From the NCBI GenBank assembly GCA_038324085.1, contig JBBQHP010000002.1, forward strand, positions 110,443 to 174,442: a stretch of 64,000 bases of DNA, written 5' to 3'. This document shows positions 11,566 through 22,680 of this stretch, in pieces. The first letter of the stretch is position 1. Each line of letters opens with the position of its first letter. A model generated the notes under the pieces. That model was not told the DNA's origin and made no database searches. It saw nothing but the letters and a program-made list of their open reading frames with translations. This DNA comes from Burkholderiales bacterium. Its GTDB lineage: Bacteria; Pseudomonadota; Gammaproteobacteria; Burkholderiales; Ga0077523. Position numbers and translations under genes: made by a program.

Positions 11566-11661
11566 TCGTGGTCGCCGGGACGGCATTTGTCGAATTGCTG
11601 CCGGAGGGGTCGGCCGGACAGTGACGTATTCATGCCAGGCATGTCCCCGATCGCGGTCTGT

Positions 11662-12648
11662 TCAGCCGAGCAGATGCTGGACGCCGTCGCGCTCCTCGAG
11701 CAATTCCTTGAGCGTCGCGTCCATCCGCGTGCGCGAGAACTCGTCGATCTCCAGCCCATTCACCAGTTCGTAGCGCCCGCCGGTGCAGATCACGGGTACC
11801 CCGTAGATGATGTCCTGCGGAATCCCGTAGCTGCCGTCGGAAGGCACGCCCATGGTCGTCCACTTGCCGTTGGTGCCGAGCACCCAGTCGCGGAGGTGGT
11901 CGATGGCGGCGTTGGCCGCGGACGCTGCGGAGGACAGGCCACGCGCTTCGATGATCGCGGCGCCGCGCTTGCCCACGGTGGGGATGTACGTTTCACGGTA
12001 CCAGGCATCGTCGTTGACGAGTGCTTTCGCGGGCTTGCCTGCGACGGTCGCGAAGCGGATGTCCGGATACATGGTCGGGGAATGATTGCCCCACACCACG
12101 AGTTTCTCGATGGCGCCCACCGGTTGCGCGGTGCGCGCCGCGAGTTGCGACAGCGCGCGGTTGTGATCGAGGCGCATCATGGCGGTGAAGCTCGATTTCG
12201 GCAGGCTCGGCGCCGATTTCATCGCGATGTACGCGTTGGTATTGGCGGGATTGCCCACCACCAGCACCTTGACGGCGCGGCTCGCCGCGGCGTCGAGCGC
12301 CTTGCCCTGCGCGGTAAAGATCTGGGCGTTGGCGGCGAGCAGATCCTTGCGTTCCATGCCCGGGCCGCGCGGACGGGCGCCCACGAGCAATGCGACGTCG
12401 ACATCCTTGAAGGCACCGAGGGGATCGCTGTGCGCGCTCATTCCGGCGAGCAGGGGGAAAGCGCAATCGTCCAGCTCCATCATCACGCCCTTCAAGGCCT
12501 TCTGCGCTTTCTCGTCGGGAATCTCGAGCAGCTGGAGCGTCACGGGCTGGTCCGGGCCGAGCATCTCGCCGGAGGCTATGCGGAACAGGAGGCTGTAGCC
12601 GATCTGGCCGGCGGCGCCGGTCACGGCGACGCGAACGGGGGTCTTCAT
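11662..12648 (-). CDS. mdh: Malate dehydrogenase (LDH-like MDH family)
   Basis: 328 aa. [25 protein letters not shown] is the classic NAD-binding N-terminus of this MDH clade. Confidence 0.95.
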   Translation of the reverse strand: MKTPVRVAVTGAAGQIGYSLLFRIASGEMLGPDQPVTLQLLEIPDEKAQKALKGVMMELDDCAFPLLAGMSAHSDPLGAFKDVDVALLVGARPRGPGMERKDLLAANAQIFTAQGKALDAAASRAVKVLVVGNPANTNAYIAMKSAPSLPKSSFTAMMRLDHNRALSQLAARTAQPVGAIEKLVVWGNHSPTMYPDIRFATVAGKPAKALVNDDAWYRETYIPTVGKRGAAIIEARGLSSAASAANAAIDHLRDWVLGTNGKWTTMGVPSDGSYGIPQDIIYGVPVICTGGRYELVNGLEIDEFSRTRMDATLKELLEERDGVQHLLG

Positions 12649-12816
12649 TGCGGGAGGCTCCTCGTGGGGGGAATCTATGCCGGCGGGGCGCCGTTACAAG
12701 CCGGCGTCGTCCGGTCCGCGCCGCGGGTCGCAGCGCTAGTCGCCGGGGCTCAAGCCCGGCCGCGTGCGAAACAGCAGACGCATCATACGAACCGGGCGAG
12801 TGCCGTGTCAACGCGA

Positions 12817-12830
12817 GTCTTATATCAGAC
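12817..12830. promoter_or_regulatory. Candidate HutC/GntR operator GTCTTATATCAGAC in the AT-rich mdh / gntR-sdh divergent region
   Basis: Palindromic GTCT..AGAC around a TA-rich core, resembling GT-N-TA-N-AC type HutC-subfamily sites. About 60 nt upstream of the regulator start. Confidence 0.35.
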
Positions 12831-12888
12831 CTCTAATAGATCAGTTCTTGTAAAGGGGTTGGCTGATGTGGTAAAACAGCCGCCGGAC

Positions 12889-13620
12889 ATGAAACCCCAA
12901 CCTGCCACCGTCTACCAGCCGCTGTACCGGCGGATCAAGGCGCTCGTGACCGAGCGTCTGTCCGCAGGGGAATGGCGCCCCGGCGAGCCGATCCCGAGCG
13001 AGATCGAACTCGCCCGGCGCTTCAACGTCAGCCAGGGCACCGTGCGCAAGGCGATCGGCGAGCTGGCGGGGGAGCACGTCCTGGTGCGCAAGCAGGGCCG
13101 GGGCACCTTCGTGGCCTCGCACGCCCATGCACGGGCGCAAATGTCGTTTCTGCGGCTGATGCCGGACGACGGAGAGGTCGAATCGATCGAGGCCGAGCTG
13201 GTGGACCTGCGCCGCGTGCGCGCCGACGCCGGTAGCGCGCGGCTGCTCGCCGTGGCCGCCGGAGCGAGCCTGGTGCGACTTCGCCGGACGCTCTCGATCA
13301 ACGGCACGCGCATCCTGTTCGAGGAAGCGCGCGTCCCCGCCGAGCTGTTCCAGGGCCTCGGACCGGACGTGGTGGAGCGCCACCGATGCATGCTCTACAG
13401 CATGTACGAATCGGTCTACCACGTGAAAATCGTCGCGGCCGAGGAGCGTCTGAAGGCGGTGGCGGCCGATGCCGAGACCGCGGGATTCCTCGGCGTTGCC
13501 GCCGGTGCGCCGCTTCTGCAGATGGAGCGCGTGGCCTATACTTACGACCGGAAACCGATCGAGCTCCGGCGCGGTTTCTGCGATACGCTCCGCCACCACT
13601 ACGCGAACGGCATCACCTGA
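12889..13620 (+). CDS. GntR family (HutC subfamily, UTRA effector domain) transcriptional regulator
   Basis: ATG at 12889 (alternative GTG at 12868) inside the spurious 702-aa ORF. Winged HTH PSEIELARRFNVSQGTVRKAIGEL followed by a UTRA-like C-terminus. Confidence 0.85.
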   Translation: MKPQPATVYQPLYRRIKALVTERLSAGEWRPGEPIPSEIELARRFNVSQGTVRKAIGELAGEHVLVRKQGRGTFVASHAHARAQMSFLRLMPDDGEVESIEAELVDLRRVRADAGSARLLAVAAGASLVRLRRTLSINGTRILFEEARVPAELFQGLGPDVVERHRCMLYSMYESVYHVKIVAAEERLKAVAADAETAGFLGVAAGAPLLQMERVAYTYDRKPIELRRGFCDTLRHHYANGIT

Positions 13621-13681
13621 CCGCTTCCCGCATCGGCGCTCCCACCGCACTCACCCACCCGACGCCCCCGAAGGCTTGCGC

Positions 13682-14056
13682 ATGGCGAAGTTGAGACCGA
13701 AATACCTGAACCTTTTCGAGATCAAGCTGCCTATTCCGGGCATCGTGTCGATCCTCCATCGGGTCAGCGGGGCCGGCCTGTTCCTGATGCTCCCGTTCGT
13801 GCTCTATCTGCTGCAATCGAGCCTGCAATCGCCGTCGAGCTACATCCTGTTCAGGGACCTTCTGTCCAGCGTGCTGGTGAAACTGCTGCTGCTCGGGCTG
13901 CTCTGGGCCTTCCTGCACCACTTCGCCGCCGGCATCCGTTACCTGCTGCTCGATATCCACGTCGGTACCGCCCTGGCACCCGCGCGCGCGTCCAGCTTCG
14001 CGGTGATCGGCGTGAGCCTCGTGCTGACTGTCCTCTTCGGGGTGTGGATGTGGTGA
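13682..14056 (+). CDS. sdhC: Succinate dehydrogenase cytochrome b556 subunit SdhC
   Basis: ATG at 13682. 124-aa, three-TM protein containing the ILHRVSG motif. Confidence 0.9.
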   Translation: MAKLRPKYLNLFEIKLPIPGIVSILHRVSGAGLFLMLPFVLYLLQSSLQSPSSYILFRDLLSSVLVKLLLLGLLWAFLHHFAAGIRYLLLDIHVGTALAPARASSFAVIGVSLVLTVLFGVWMW

Positions 14057-14400
14057 AACGGATCGTCGTCGGGGCGCACTACGGGTTGCGCGACTGGCTG
14101 GTACAGCGCGTGACCGCGGTCATCATGGCCGTGTTCGCATTGCTCATGCTTTTCATCGTGGTATTCCACCGCCCCGAGCACTACGGTGCGTGGAGCGCGC
14201 TCATGTCGCAGCAGTGGATGCGGCTCGCGAGCCTGCTGTTCCTGCTGTCGCTGTTCTGGCACGCCTGGATCGGCGCGCGGGACATAATCATGGACTACGT
14301 GAAGCCCGACGGCGCCAGGCTCGCCGTGCAGGTGGTCGTGGTGCTGCTACTGGTCGTCTATGCGCTGTGGTCGATCCAGATTCTCTGGGGGATCTACTGA
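14044..14400 (+). CDS. sdhD: Succinate dehydrogenase membrane anchor subunit SdhD
   Basis: GTG start overlapping the sdhC end. [18 protein letters not shown] is typical of betaproteobacterial SdhD. Confidence 0.88.
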   Translation: MDVVKRIVVGAHYGLRDWLVQRVTAVIMAVFALLMLFIVVFHRPEHYGAWSALMSQQWMRLASLLFLLSLFWHAWIGARDIIMDYVKPDGARLAVQVVVVLLLVVYALWSIQILWGIY

Positions 14401-16163
14401 TGGCGCTGCCGATACGGAAGTTCGATGCGGTCATCGTCGGTGCCGGCGGCGCCGGGATGCGCGCGTCGCTCCAGCTGGCCGAAGCCGGGCTCAAGGTGGC
14501 CGTGCTGTCGAAGGTTTTTCCGACCCGGTCGCACACCGTGGCGGCGCAGGGCGGTATCGGCGCCTCGCTCGGCAACATGGGCGAGGACTCCTGGCTCTGG
14601 CACATGTACGATACGATCAAGGGGTCCGACTATCTCGGCGACCAGGATGCCATCGAGTTCATGTGTCGCAAGGCGCCGCAGGCCGTCATCGAGCTCGAGC
14701 ACTACGGTATGCCGTTCGACCGCAACGACGACGGTTCCGTTTATCAGCGGCCGTTCGGCGGACATTCGCAGAATTTCGGCGAACGGCCGGTGCAGCGCTC
14801 GTGCTGCGCGGCGGACCGCACCGGGCACGCGATGCTCCATACGCTCTACCAGCGCAACGTGCGTGCGAATACGCTGTTCTTCGTCGAGTGGATGGCGCTC
14901 GACCTGATCCGCGATGCCAGCGGCCAGGTGCTCGGTGTGAGCGCGATGGAAATGGAGACCGGCGAGATCTGGATCTTCCATGCGCGCGCGACCTTGTTCG
15001 CCACCGGTGGGGCGGGGCGAATCTATTCCGCCAGCACCAACGCGTTCATCAATACCGGAGACGGCCTGGGCATGGCCGCAAGGGCCGGGATCCCGCTCGA
15101 AGACATGGAGTTCTGGCAGTTCCATCCCACCGGCGTCGCCGGGGCAGGAGTGCTGATCACCGAAGGCGTGCGCGGCGAGGGCGGCTACCTGCTGAACAAG
15201 GACGGCGAGCGCTTCATGGAACGCTATGCCCCGACCATGAAGGACCTCGCGAGCCGCGATGTGGTGTCCCGCGCCATGGCCACCGAGATCAAGGAAGGCC
15301 GCGGCGCCGGCAAGGACGCCGACTACATCCTACTCAAGCTCGATCACCTGGGCCTGGACGTGATCGAGAAGCGGCTGCCGGGGATCCGCGAGATCGCCAA
15401 GAAATTCGCCAACGTCGATCCGGTCAAGGACCCCATTCCGGTGGTACCCACCTGTCATTACCAGATGGGTGGCATTCCGACGAACTATCACGGCGAGGTG
15501 GTCGTTCCTGCCGGCGGCGACCCGAATGCCGTCGTGCCGGGCTTCTATGCCGCGGGCGAGTGCGCCTGCGCCTCGGTACACGGCGCGAACCGGCTCGGGA
15601 CCAATTCGCTCACCGACCTGCTGGTGTTCGGCAAGGCAGCGGCCGAGAGCGTGATCGCCTTCCTCGCGGAGAATCCGGGCCACAAGGACCTGCCGGCCGA
15701 TGCCGGCGAGTTTTCGCACGCGCGGGTCGCACGGCTCGACGGCCAGTCGGGTGGGGAGAGCGTGTTCGAGGTCGGCGCCGAGATGCGTCGAACCATGCAG
15801 GCTCATTGCGGGGTGTTCCGCTTCCCCGACATGCTGAGCTCGGGGGTGCAGAAGATCCAGGCAGTGGCAGAGCGCGGGAGGCGCACGGAGATCAAGGACA
15901 AGAGCCGGACCTTCAACACTGCCCGTGTCGAGGCGCTGGAACTGGACAACCTGATCGAGGTCGCGCTCGCCACCCTGGTTTCGGCGGAAGCCCGCAAGGA
16001 AAGCCGCGGCGCGCACGATCGGGCCGATTTCGCCAAGCGCGACGACGCCAACTGGCTGAAGCACAGCCTCTGGTATCGCGACGGCAGCCGTCTCGACTAC
16101 AAGCCGGTGACGCTGAAGCCGCTGACTGCCCAGTCGTTCGAGCCGAAAGTGCGCAGCTACTAG
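14400..16163 (+). CDS. sdhA: Succinate dehydrogenase flavoprotein subunit SdhA
   Basis: ATG overlaps the sdhD TGA (ATGA). [18 protein letters not shown] motif and SHTVAAQGG (covalent FAD His). Confidence 0.96.
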   Translation: MALPIRKFDAVIVGAGGAGMRASLQLAEAGLKVAVLSKVFPTRSHTVAAQGGIGASLGNMGEDSWLWHMYDTIKGSDYLGDQDAIEFMCRKAPQAVIELEHYGMPFDRNDDGSVYQRPFGGHSQNFGERPVQRSCCAADRTGHAMLHTLYQRNVRANTLFFVEWMALDLIRDASGQVLGVSAMEMETGEIWIFHARATLFATGGAGRIYSASTNAFINTGDGLGMAARAGIPLEDMEFWQFHPTGVAGAGVLITEGVRGEGGYLLNKDGERFMERYAPTMKDLASRDVVSRAMATEIKEGRGAGKDADYILLKLDHLGLDVIEKRLPGIREIAKKFANVDPVKDPIPVVPTCHYQMGGIPTNYHGEVVVPAGGDPNAVVPGFYAAGECACASVHGANRLGTNSLTDLLVFGKAAAESVIAFLAENPGHKDLPADAGEFSHARVARLDGQSGGESVFEVGAEMRRTMQAHCGVFRFPDMLSSGVQKIQAVAERGRRTEIKDKSRTFNTARVEALELDNLIEVALATLVSAEARKESRGAHDRADFAKRDDANWLKHSLWYRDGSRLDYKPVTLKPLTAQSFEPKVRSY

Positions 16164-16172
16164 GAACGCCCC

Positions 16173-16868
16173 ATGCGATTCAAGATCTACCGCTACGATC
16201 CCGACCAGGACGCAAAGCCGTACATGAAGGATTACGACATCGCGCTCGAACCGACCGACCGGATGCTCCTCGACGCGCTGATCCGCATCAAGGCGTTCGA
16301 CGACAGCCTGTCGCTGCGCCGGTCGTGCCGCGAAGGCGTCTGTGGTTCGGACGCAATGAACATCAACGGACGCAACGGGCTGGCCTGCATCACCCGGATT
16401 GCCGATCTGAAGGAACCGGTGGAACTGCGGCCGCTGCCCGGTTTGCCGGTGATCCGCGACCTGGTCGTGGACATGTCGCAATTCTTCAAGCAATACCATT
16501 CGATCAAGCCGTACCTGCGCAACGACGAAGTCCCGCCGGAAAAGGAGCGGCGCCAGAGCCCGGAAGAGCGCGAGGAGCTGGACGGCCTGTACGAGTGCAT
16601 CCTGTGCGCGTGCTGCTCCACCGCCTGTCCGTCGTTCTGGTGGAACCCGGACAAGTTCGTGGGCCCCGCGGGTTTGCTCGCGGCCTACCGCTTCATCGCC
16701 GATACCCGGGACCAGGCCACGAGCGAACGCCTGGACGACCTGGAAGACCCCTATCGCCTGTTCCGCTGCCACTCGATCATGAATTGCGTCGATGTCTGTC
16801 CGAAGGGGCTGAATCCCACCCGCGCCATCGGACGGATCAAGGACATCATGGTCAAGCGGATGGTCTGA
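16173..16868 (+). CDS. sdhB: Succinate dehydrogenase iron-sulfur subunit SdhB
   Basis: 231 aa with three Cys clusters (CREGVCGSDA, CILCACCSTACP, CHSIMNCVDVCP). Confidence 0.96.
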   Translation: MRFKIYRYDPDQDAKPYMKDYDIALEPTDRMLLDALIRIKAFDDSLSLRRSCREGVCGSDAMNINGRNGLACITRIADLKEPVELRPLPGLPVIRDLVVDMSQFFKQYHSIKPYLRNDEVPPEKERRQSPEEREELDGLYECILCACCSTACPSFWWNPDKFVGPAGLLAAYRFIADTRDQATSERLDDLEDPYRLFRCHSIMNCVDVCPKGLNPTRAIGRIKDIMVKRMV

Positions 16869-16895
16869 CGAGCATGAGGATTCCGGATCCCGCCG

Positions 16896-17153
16896 GTGGA
16901 AATTGACCCGGATCGCGCGGCCCAGCGGATCCGCTGGCACTGCCGGCGCGGTCTGCTGGAACTCGATCTGGTTCTGGCGCGTTTTCTGGACTCCCGCTTC
17001 GAGCAGTTGAGCCTGGCGGAGCGAGAAATCTTTTCAGGTCTGCTCGAACGAGCCGATACCGAACTCTGGGATCTCGTTTCGGGCAGGTATCGGTCGAACA
17101 GCGTGGCGGAAGAGGCGCTGCTCGACGTCATGAGGGCCGCCCCGGCTGTTTGA
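16896..17153 (+). CDS. sdhE: FAD assembly factor SdhE (YgfY/DUF339 family)
   Basis: 85 aa, GTG start. RIRWHCRRGLLELDL matches the conserved RGxxE motif region of SdhE. Confidence 0.85.
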   Translation: MEIDPDRAAQRIRWHCRRGLLELDLVLARFLDSRFEQLSLAEREIFSGLLERADTELWDLVSGRYRSNSVAEEALLDVMRAAPAV

Positions 17154-17216
17154 TGCATAGCAGCAATCGCCGCGGAATGTGCCTACAATAAGTATCTGCG
17201 CCATTTGGAGAGGGTG

Positions 17217-18527
17217 ATGAGCAACAACGATAAAGCGACCATCACGTTCAGCGACGGGACACCGTCGATTGATCTGCCCTTGTTGAAAGGGACGGTCGGG
17301 CCCGATGTTATCGACATCCGTAAGCTCTACGGAACCACCGGAAAGTTCACCTACGACCCTGGCTTCCTCTCGACTGCCTCGTGCAATTCGACCATCACCT
17401 ACATCGACGGCGACAAGGGCGAATTGCTCTACCGCGGCTATCCGATCGAACAGCTGGCGGTCAATTGCGACTTCCTCGAGGTCTGCCACCTGATCCTGTA
17501 CGGCGAGCTGCCCAACGCCGCGCAGAAGGCCGACTTCGATGCCCGTGTGACCCAGCATACGATGGTCAACGAGCAGATGCAGTTCTTCATGCGGGGCTTC
17601 CGGCGCGACGCTCATCCGATGGCCGCGATGACCGGCCTGGTCGGCGGGCTGTCGGCGTTCTATCCCGATTCGATGAACCTGCACGACGCGAGGCAGCGGG
17701 ACATTTCCGCGATCCGGCTGATCGCGAAGATGCCGACCCTGGTCGCCATGGCCTACAAGTACACCATCGGCCAGCCGTACATGTATCCGCGCAACAAGCT
17801 CTCGTATTCGGCGAACTTCATGCACATGATGTTCGCCACCCCGTGCGACGAGTACGAGGTGAACGACGTGCTGGTACGCGCGCTCGATCGCATCTTCATC
17901 CTCCACGCCGATCACGAGCAGAACGCGTCCACCTCCACGGTGCGTTTGTGCGCGTCATCGGGAACCAACCCGTTCGCGGCCATCGCGGCCGGCGTTGCCT
18001 GCCTCTGGGGCCCCGCGCACGGCGGCGCCAACGAAGCCTCGCTCAACATGCTGGGCGAGATCCAGCAGATGGGCGGGGTCGAGAAGATCGGAGAGTTCAT
18101 CGACAAGGTGAAGGACAAGAACTCGACCGTGCGCCTCATGGGCTTCGGTCACCGCGTCTACAAGAACTACGATCCGCGCGCGAAACTGATGCGCGAGACC
18201 TGCCATGAGGTGCTGACCGAACTGGGGCTCGAGGACGATCCGTTGTTCAAGCTCGCCATGGCGCTCGAGAAGATCGCGCTGGAGGACGAATATTTCGTGA
18301 ACCGCAAGCTGTATCCGAACGTCGATTTCTACTCCGGCATCGTACAGAAGGCGATCGGCATCCCGGTGCCGCTGTTCACGGCCATCTTCGCGCTCGCGCG
18401 CACGGTCGGCTGGATCGCGCAATTGAACGAGATGATCGCCGACCCCGAGTACAAGATCGCCCGCCCGCGCCAGCTCTTCGTTGGTGCCACGCATCGTACC
18501 GTCGTCCCGATCGCGCAGCGCGCCTGA
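17217..18527 (+). CDS. gltA: Citrate synthase (type II)
   Basis: ATG at 17217 with SD GGAGAGGG. Contains GPAHGGANE and GFGHRVYK motifs. Confidence 0.95.
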   Translation: MSNNDKATITFSDGTPSIDLPLLKGTVGPDVIDIRKLYGTTGKFTYDPGFLSTASCNSTITYIDGDKGELLYRGYPIEQLAVNCDFLEVCHLILYGELPNAAQKADFDARVTQHTMVNEQMQFFMRGFRRDAHPMAAMTGLVGGLSAFYPDSMNLHDARQRDISAIRLIAKMPTLVAMAYKYTIGQPYMYPRNKLSYSANFMHMMFATPCDEYEVNDVLVRALDRIFILHADHEQNASTSTVRLCASSGTNPFAAIAAGVACLWGPAHGGANEASLNMLGEIQQMGGVEKIGEFIDKVKDKNSTVRLMGFGHRVYKNYDPRAKLMRETCHEVLTELGLEDDPLFKLAMALEKIALEDEYFVNRKLYPNVDFYSGIVQKAIGIPVPLFTAIFALARTVGWIAQLNEMIADPEYKIARPRQLFVGATHRTVVPIAQRA

Positions 18528-18558
18528 GTTCGCGCGCAGGTCCCAGGAGATACGCCCA

Positions 18559-21408
18559 ATGATGAAGGATCTGCGCTCCGGCTCTTACCTCTTCGGCGGC
18601 AATGCGCCCTACATCGACGAGCTCTACGAGAATTACCTGGAGAACCAGGAATCGGTGGCGCCGGAGTGGAAACGGTACTTCGATCAGATCCAGGTGCTGC
18701 CTGGTCCGAGAGACGTCGCTCACGCCCCGGTGCGTGAACTGATCGGCCGCATCGCGAAGGACCGCAGCAAGGGCGGCGCGCAGATTTCCCCGACCGACCT
18801 GGCCGAACTGGGACGCAAACAGGCCGCCGTGTTCCAGCTGATCAGCTCGTACCGGTTCCTCGGTGCGCGCCACGCCAATCTCGATCCCCTGAAGCGTCAC
18901 GAGCGGCCCGAGGTGCCCGAACTCGACCCCGCGTCCCATGGATTCACCGACGCGGACATGGATCGGGTCTTCAACACCGGCACCCTGGTGGGTCCGCAGC
19001 AGGCGACCCTGCGCGAGATCATCCAGGCGCTGCGCGAGACCTATTGCGGCACCATCGGTCTCGAGTACATGTACCTCACCGACACTGCCCAGAAGCGCTG
19101 GCTGCAGCAGCGCTTCGAGGGAATCCGGTCGCGGCCGAGCTACTCCCCCGACTACAAGCGCCACATCCTCGAACGCATCACCGCAGCCGAGGTGCTCGAG
19201 AAGTATCTGCACACGCGCTACGTGGGTCAGAAACGCTTTTCCCTGGAAGGCGGCGACAGCCTGATCCCGATGCTGGACAACCTGCTCCAACGCGCGGGCG
19301 AGCATGGCGTGCAGGAACTCGTGATCGGCATGGCGCACCGCGGCCGCCTCAACGTCCTGGTCAACACCCTGGGCAAGCTGCCGTCCGACCTGTTTCTCGA
19401 ATTCGAAGGCAAGCATGCCGGCGAGTTGATGGCAGGCGACGTCAAGTATCACCAGGGCTTCTCTTCGGACGTGATGACGCCGGGCGGTCCGATGCATGTG
19501 ACGCTCGCGTTCAATCCGTCGCATCTCGAGATCGTCAATCCGGTGGTCGAAGGTTCGGTTCGCGCGCGGCAGCATCGGCGCCGCGATCGTGAAGGGCGGC
19601 AGGTGATGCCCGTGCTGCTGCATGGCGACGCCGCGTTCGCGGGGCAGGGCGTGATCATGGAGACTCTCAATCTGTCCCAGACGCGCGGGTACGGAACCGG
19701 TGGAACCGTGCACATCATCGTGAACAACCAGATCGGATTTACAACCTCCGATCCGCGCGACACGCGCTCGATGATCTACTGCTCGGACGTCGCCAAGATC
19801 GTGGAGGCTCCGGTCATCCACGTGAACGGCGACGACCCCGAGGCCGTCGTTCTCGCCACCGAGGCGGCGCTCGACTTCCGCAGCGAGTTCGGCCGCGACG
19901 TGGTCATCGACATGGTGTGCTTCCGCCGGCTCGGCCACAACGAGCAGGACGAGCCCATGGTGACCCAGCCGCTGATGTACAAGATCATCACGCAGCATCA
20001 GGGCACGCGGAAACTGTACGCCGATCGGCTGGCGCAGGAAGGCGTGATCAAGGACGGCGAGGCCGACGAAGTGATCAAGGCCTACCGCAACGCGCTCGAT
20101 GCCGGGCACCACACCAACAAGAGCATCATCTACAACTTCAAGCCGCCGTTCCAGGTGGAATGGGCTCCGTATCGGAACGTGCCCTGGAACCAGCCGGTCG
20201 ACACCGGGCTGCCGCTGGCGGATCTGCAGTTCCTCGCCGAGCGGGTCACCACCATTCCACCCCATTTCAAGCTCCATCCCCGGGTCGAGAAGGTCATCGC
20301 GGACCGGCGCCAGATGGGTCTCGGCAAGCTGCCGCTCGATTGGGGCATGGCGGAGACCCTCGCTTACGCAGCCCTGCTGAAGCAGGGCTATGGCGTGCGC
20401 GTGTCAGGGCAGGATTCCGGGCGCGGCACGTTCTTCCACCGCCACGCCGTGCTGCACGACCAGAATCGCGAACGCTGGGATGCCGGTACCTATGTACCGT
20501 TGCAGAAGATCGCCGAGAACCAGCCCGACTTTCTCGTCATCGACTCGACCCTGTCGGAAGAGGCGGTGCTCGGATTCGAGTACGGCTATGCGACCGCGTC
20601 GCCGAACGAACTGGTGGTCTGGGAAGCGCAGTTCGGCGATTTCGCCAATGGCGCCCAGGTGGTGATCGACCAGTTCATCGCCTCCGGAGAAGTGAAGTGG
20701 GGGCGGATGTGCGGCCTGGTGCTGATGCTGCCGCACGGCTACGAAGGCCAGGGTCCCGAACATTCGTCCGCGCGGCCGGAACGGTTCCTGCAACTGTGCG
20801 CCGACTACAACATGCAGGTGGTGGTGCCGTCGACGCCGGCCCAGATGTTCCACGTGTTGCGTCGCCAGATGCTCCGCCCGTACCGCAAACCCCTCGTGAT
20901 CATGAGTCCCAAGTCGATGCTCCGGCACAAGGAATCCGTGTCGAGCCTGGAGGAACTGGGTCAGGGCCGCTTCATGCCCGTGATTCCCGACCCCGCGGCG
21001 CTCAGGGCGGGCAAGGTCAAGCGCGTGGTTTTCTGCTGCGGCAAGATCTATTTCGATCTGGCCGCCGCGCGGCGCGAACTCGGCATCGAGGGCGTGGCGC
21101 TGGTGCGCATCGAGCAGCTCTATCCGTTTCCGCACGATGACTTCAAGGCCGAGATCGACCGCTATGCCAAAGCCACGGAGATCGTCTGGTGCCAGGAGGA
21201 GCCCGCCAATCAGGGCGCATGGCACCGCATCCAGCATTACCTGCTCCGCCAACTGCGGCCGGACCAGACACTCACTTATTCGCTGCGCCAGTCGAGCGCG
21301 GCACCGGCGGGCGGTTATCTCGCCCTCCACAACCAGCGCCAGAAGGCAGTGGTGGAAGCGGCGCTGACGCACGGCGCCTCTTTCCCGCCAGTCGCCGGCG
21401 ACAGTTAA
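18559..21408 (+). CDS. sucA: 2-oxoglutarate dehydrogenase E1 component
   Basis: ATG at 18559 with SD AGGAGA. MMKDLRSGSYLFGGNAPYIDELYENYL is the canonical SucA N-terminus. About 950 aa. Confidence 0.96.
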   Translation: MMKDLRSGSYLFGGNAPYIDELYENYLENQESVAPEWKRYFDQIQVLPGPRDVAHAPVRELIGRIAKDRSKGGAQISPTDLAELGRKQAAVFQLISSYRFLGARHANLDPLKRHERPEVPELDPASHGFTDADMDRVFNTGTLVGPQQATLREIIQALRETYCGTIGLEYMYLTDTAQKRWLQQRFEGIRSRPSYSPDYKRHILERITAAEVLEKYLHTRYVGQKRFSLEGGDSLIPMLDNLLQRAGEHGVQELVIGMAHRGRLNVLVNTLGKLPSDLFLEFEGKHAGELMAGDVKYHQGFSSDVMTPGGPMHVTLAFNPSHLEIVNPVVEGSVRARQHRRRDREGRQVMPVLLHGDAAFAGQGVIMETLNLSQTRGYGTGGTVHIIVNNQIGFTTSDPRDTRSMIYCSDVAKIVEAPVIHVNGDDPEAVVLATEAALDFRSEFGRDVVIDMVCFRRLGHNEQDEPMVTQPLMYKIITQHQGTRKLYADRLAQEGVIKDGEADEVIKAYRNALDAGHHTNKSIIYNFKPPFQVEWAPYRNVPWNQPVDTGLPLADLQFLAERVTTIPPHFKLHPRVEKVIADRRQMGLGKLPLDWGMAETLAYAALLKQGYGVRVSGQDSGRGTFFHRHAVLHDQNRERWDAGTYVPLQKIAENQPDFLVIDSTLSEEAVLGFEYGYATASPNELVVWEAQFGDFANGAQVVIDQFIASGEVKWGRMCGLVLMLPHGYEGQGPEHSSARPERFLQLCADYNMQVVVPSTPAQMFHVLRRQMLRPYRKPLVIMSPKSMLRHKESVSSLEELGQGRFMPVIPDPAALRAGKVKRVVFCCGKIYFDLAAARRELGIEGVALVRIEQLYPFPHDDFKAEIDRYAKATEIVWCQEEPANQGAWHRIQHYLLRQLRPDQTLTYSLRQSSAAPAGGYLALHNQRQKAVVEAALTHGASFPPVAGDS

Positions 21409-21441
21409 AAGAAAAATGGGTAACAGCACCACGGAGTATTC

Positions 21442-22680
21442 ATGCTGATCGAAGTGAAGGTGCCGGTGTTGTCCGAATCGGTGGCCGAGGCCACGCTGCT
21501 CTCCTGGCACAAGAAGCAGGGCGACTATGTCCAGCGCGATGAGAACCTGATCGATATCGAGACCGACAAGGTCGTGCTCGAGCTGCCGGCGCCGATGGCG
21601 GGCAAGATCACCAAGATCCTCAAGGAAGACGGCGGCACCGTCGTCAGCAATGAGGTGATCGCGCAGATCGATACCGCCGCGGCTGCACCCGCCGAAAACG
21701 CCGCCAAGGCAGCGCTACCGGCGAAGCCCGCTGAGGCCTCGAAAGCCGCGGCAAAGCCACCGGATGCGCGTCCGGCCGCGCCTGCCCCCGCTGCCGAAGT
21801 CGTCGCCATGCCGGCGGCCCGCAAGGTTGCGGCGGACAGCAACGTCGATCTCGCCCAGGTACCGGGTACCGGGCGCGGGGGACGCGTGACGAAGCCCGAT
21901 GTGGTGGCGCATCTCGCCGGGGCCGCGCGTCCCGTGACGCCCTTGCCCGCAGCGGTGGACCTCGACAGTCTCATGGGCGACCGGCCCGAGAAGCGGGTCG
22001 CCATGTCGCGCCTGCGCCAGCGCGTCGCCGAGCGCCTGGTGCAGTCCCAGTCGACGGCTGCCATCCTCACCACGTTCAATGAAGTCAACATGCAGGCCGT
22101 CATGGATCTGCGCAATCGCTACAAGGAACGCTTCGAGAAGGACCACGGTGTGAAGCTCGGCTTCATGTCGTTCTTCGTGAAGGCGGCCCTTGCGGCGCTC
22201 AAGAAGTATCCGGTCCTGAACGCATCCGTGGACGGCACCGACATCGTGTATCACGGCTATTTCGACGTCGGGATCGCGGTCGGCAGTCCGCGCGGACTGG
22301 TCGTGCCGATCGTGCGCAATGCCGACCAGATGTCGTTGGCCGAGATCGAGAAGACCATCTCCGATTTCGGCAAACGTGCGCAGGAGGGCAAGCTCACCAT
22401 CGAAGAGCTCACCGGCGGCACGTTCTCGATCTCCAACGGCGGGGTGTTCGGATCGATGCTCTCGACGCCCATCATCAATCCGCCGCAGAGCGCCATCCTG
22501 GGCATCCATGCGACCAAGGATCGGCCGGTGGCGGAAAACGGTCAGGTCGTCATCCGGCCGATGAATTATCTTGCGATGTCCTACGACCATCGCATCATCG
22601 ACGGCCGTGAAGCCGTGCTCGGTCTGGTTGCGATCAAGGAAGCGCTGGAAGACCCGGCGCGACTGCTGCTCGACTTGTAG
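21442..22680 (+). CDS. sucB: Dihydrolipoyllysine-residue succinyltransferase (E2o)
   Basis: Lipoyl domain ([13 protein letters not shown]), Ala/Pro linker, and catalytic domain with DHRIIDG. Confidence 0.95.
   Translation: MLIEVKVPVLSESVAEATLLSWHKKQGDYVQRDENLIDIETDKVVLELPAPMAGKITKILKEDGGTVVSNEVIAQIDTAAAAPAENAAKAALPAKPAEASKAAAKPPDARPAAPAPAAEVVAMPAARKVAADSNVDLAQVPGTGRGGRVTKPDVVAHLAGAARPVTPLPAAVDLDSLMGDRPEKRVAMSRLRQRVAERLVQSQSTAAILTTFNEVNMQAVMDLRNRYKERFEKDHGVKLGFMSFFVKAALAALKKYPVLNASVDGTDIVYHGYFDVGIAVGSPRGLVVPIVRNADQMSLAEIEKTISDFGKRAQEGKLTIEELTGGTFSISNGGVFGSMLSTPIINPPQSAILGIHATKDRPVAENGQVVIRPMNYLAMSYDHRIIDGREAVLGLVAIKEALEDPARLLLDL

Noticed and set aside
11512-13620. 702-aa plus-strand ORF
   Set aside because: The first 459 codons or so are antisense to mdh and Arg/Gly-rich. 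Only the last 243 codons (GntR/HutC regulator from 12889) are credible.
18376-20277. 633-aa minus-strand ORF, and similar long antisense ORFs (15330..16940, 22634..24598, 24225..25379, 26405..28456, 30000..31352, 31403..33106, 33209..34672, 38344..39909, 41724..43028, 42818..43846, 57283..58395)
   Set aside because: All lie opposite strongly supported genes (sucA, sdhA/B, lpdA, zapE, prpE, fdsB, fdsA, atpD, atpE/F, atpA, lepA). Their composition is skewed to Arg/Ala/Gly/His and none has a recognisable motif. They are high-GC antisense artefacts.
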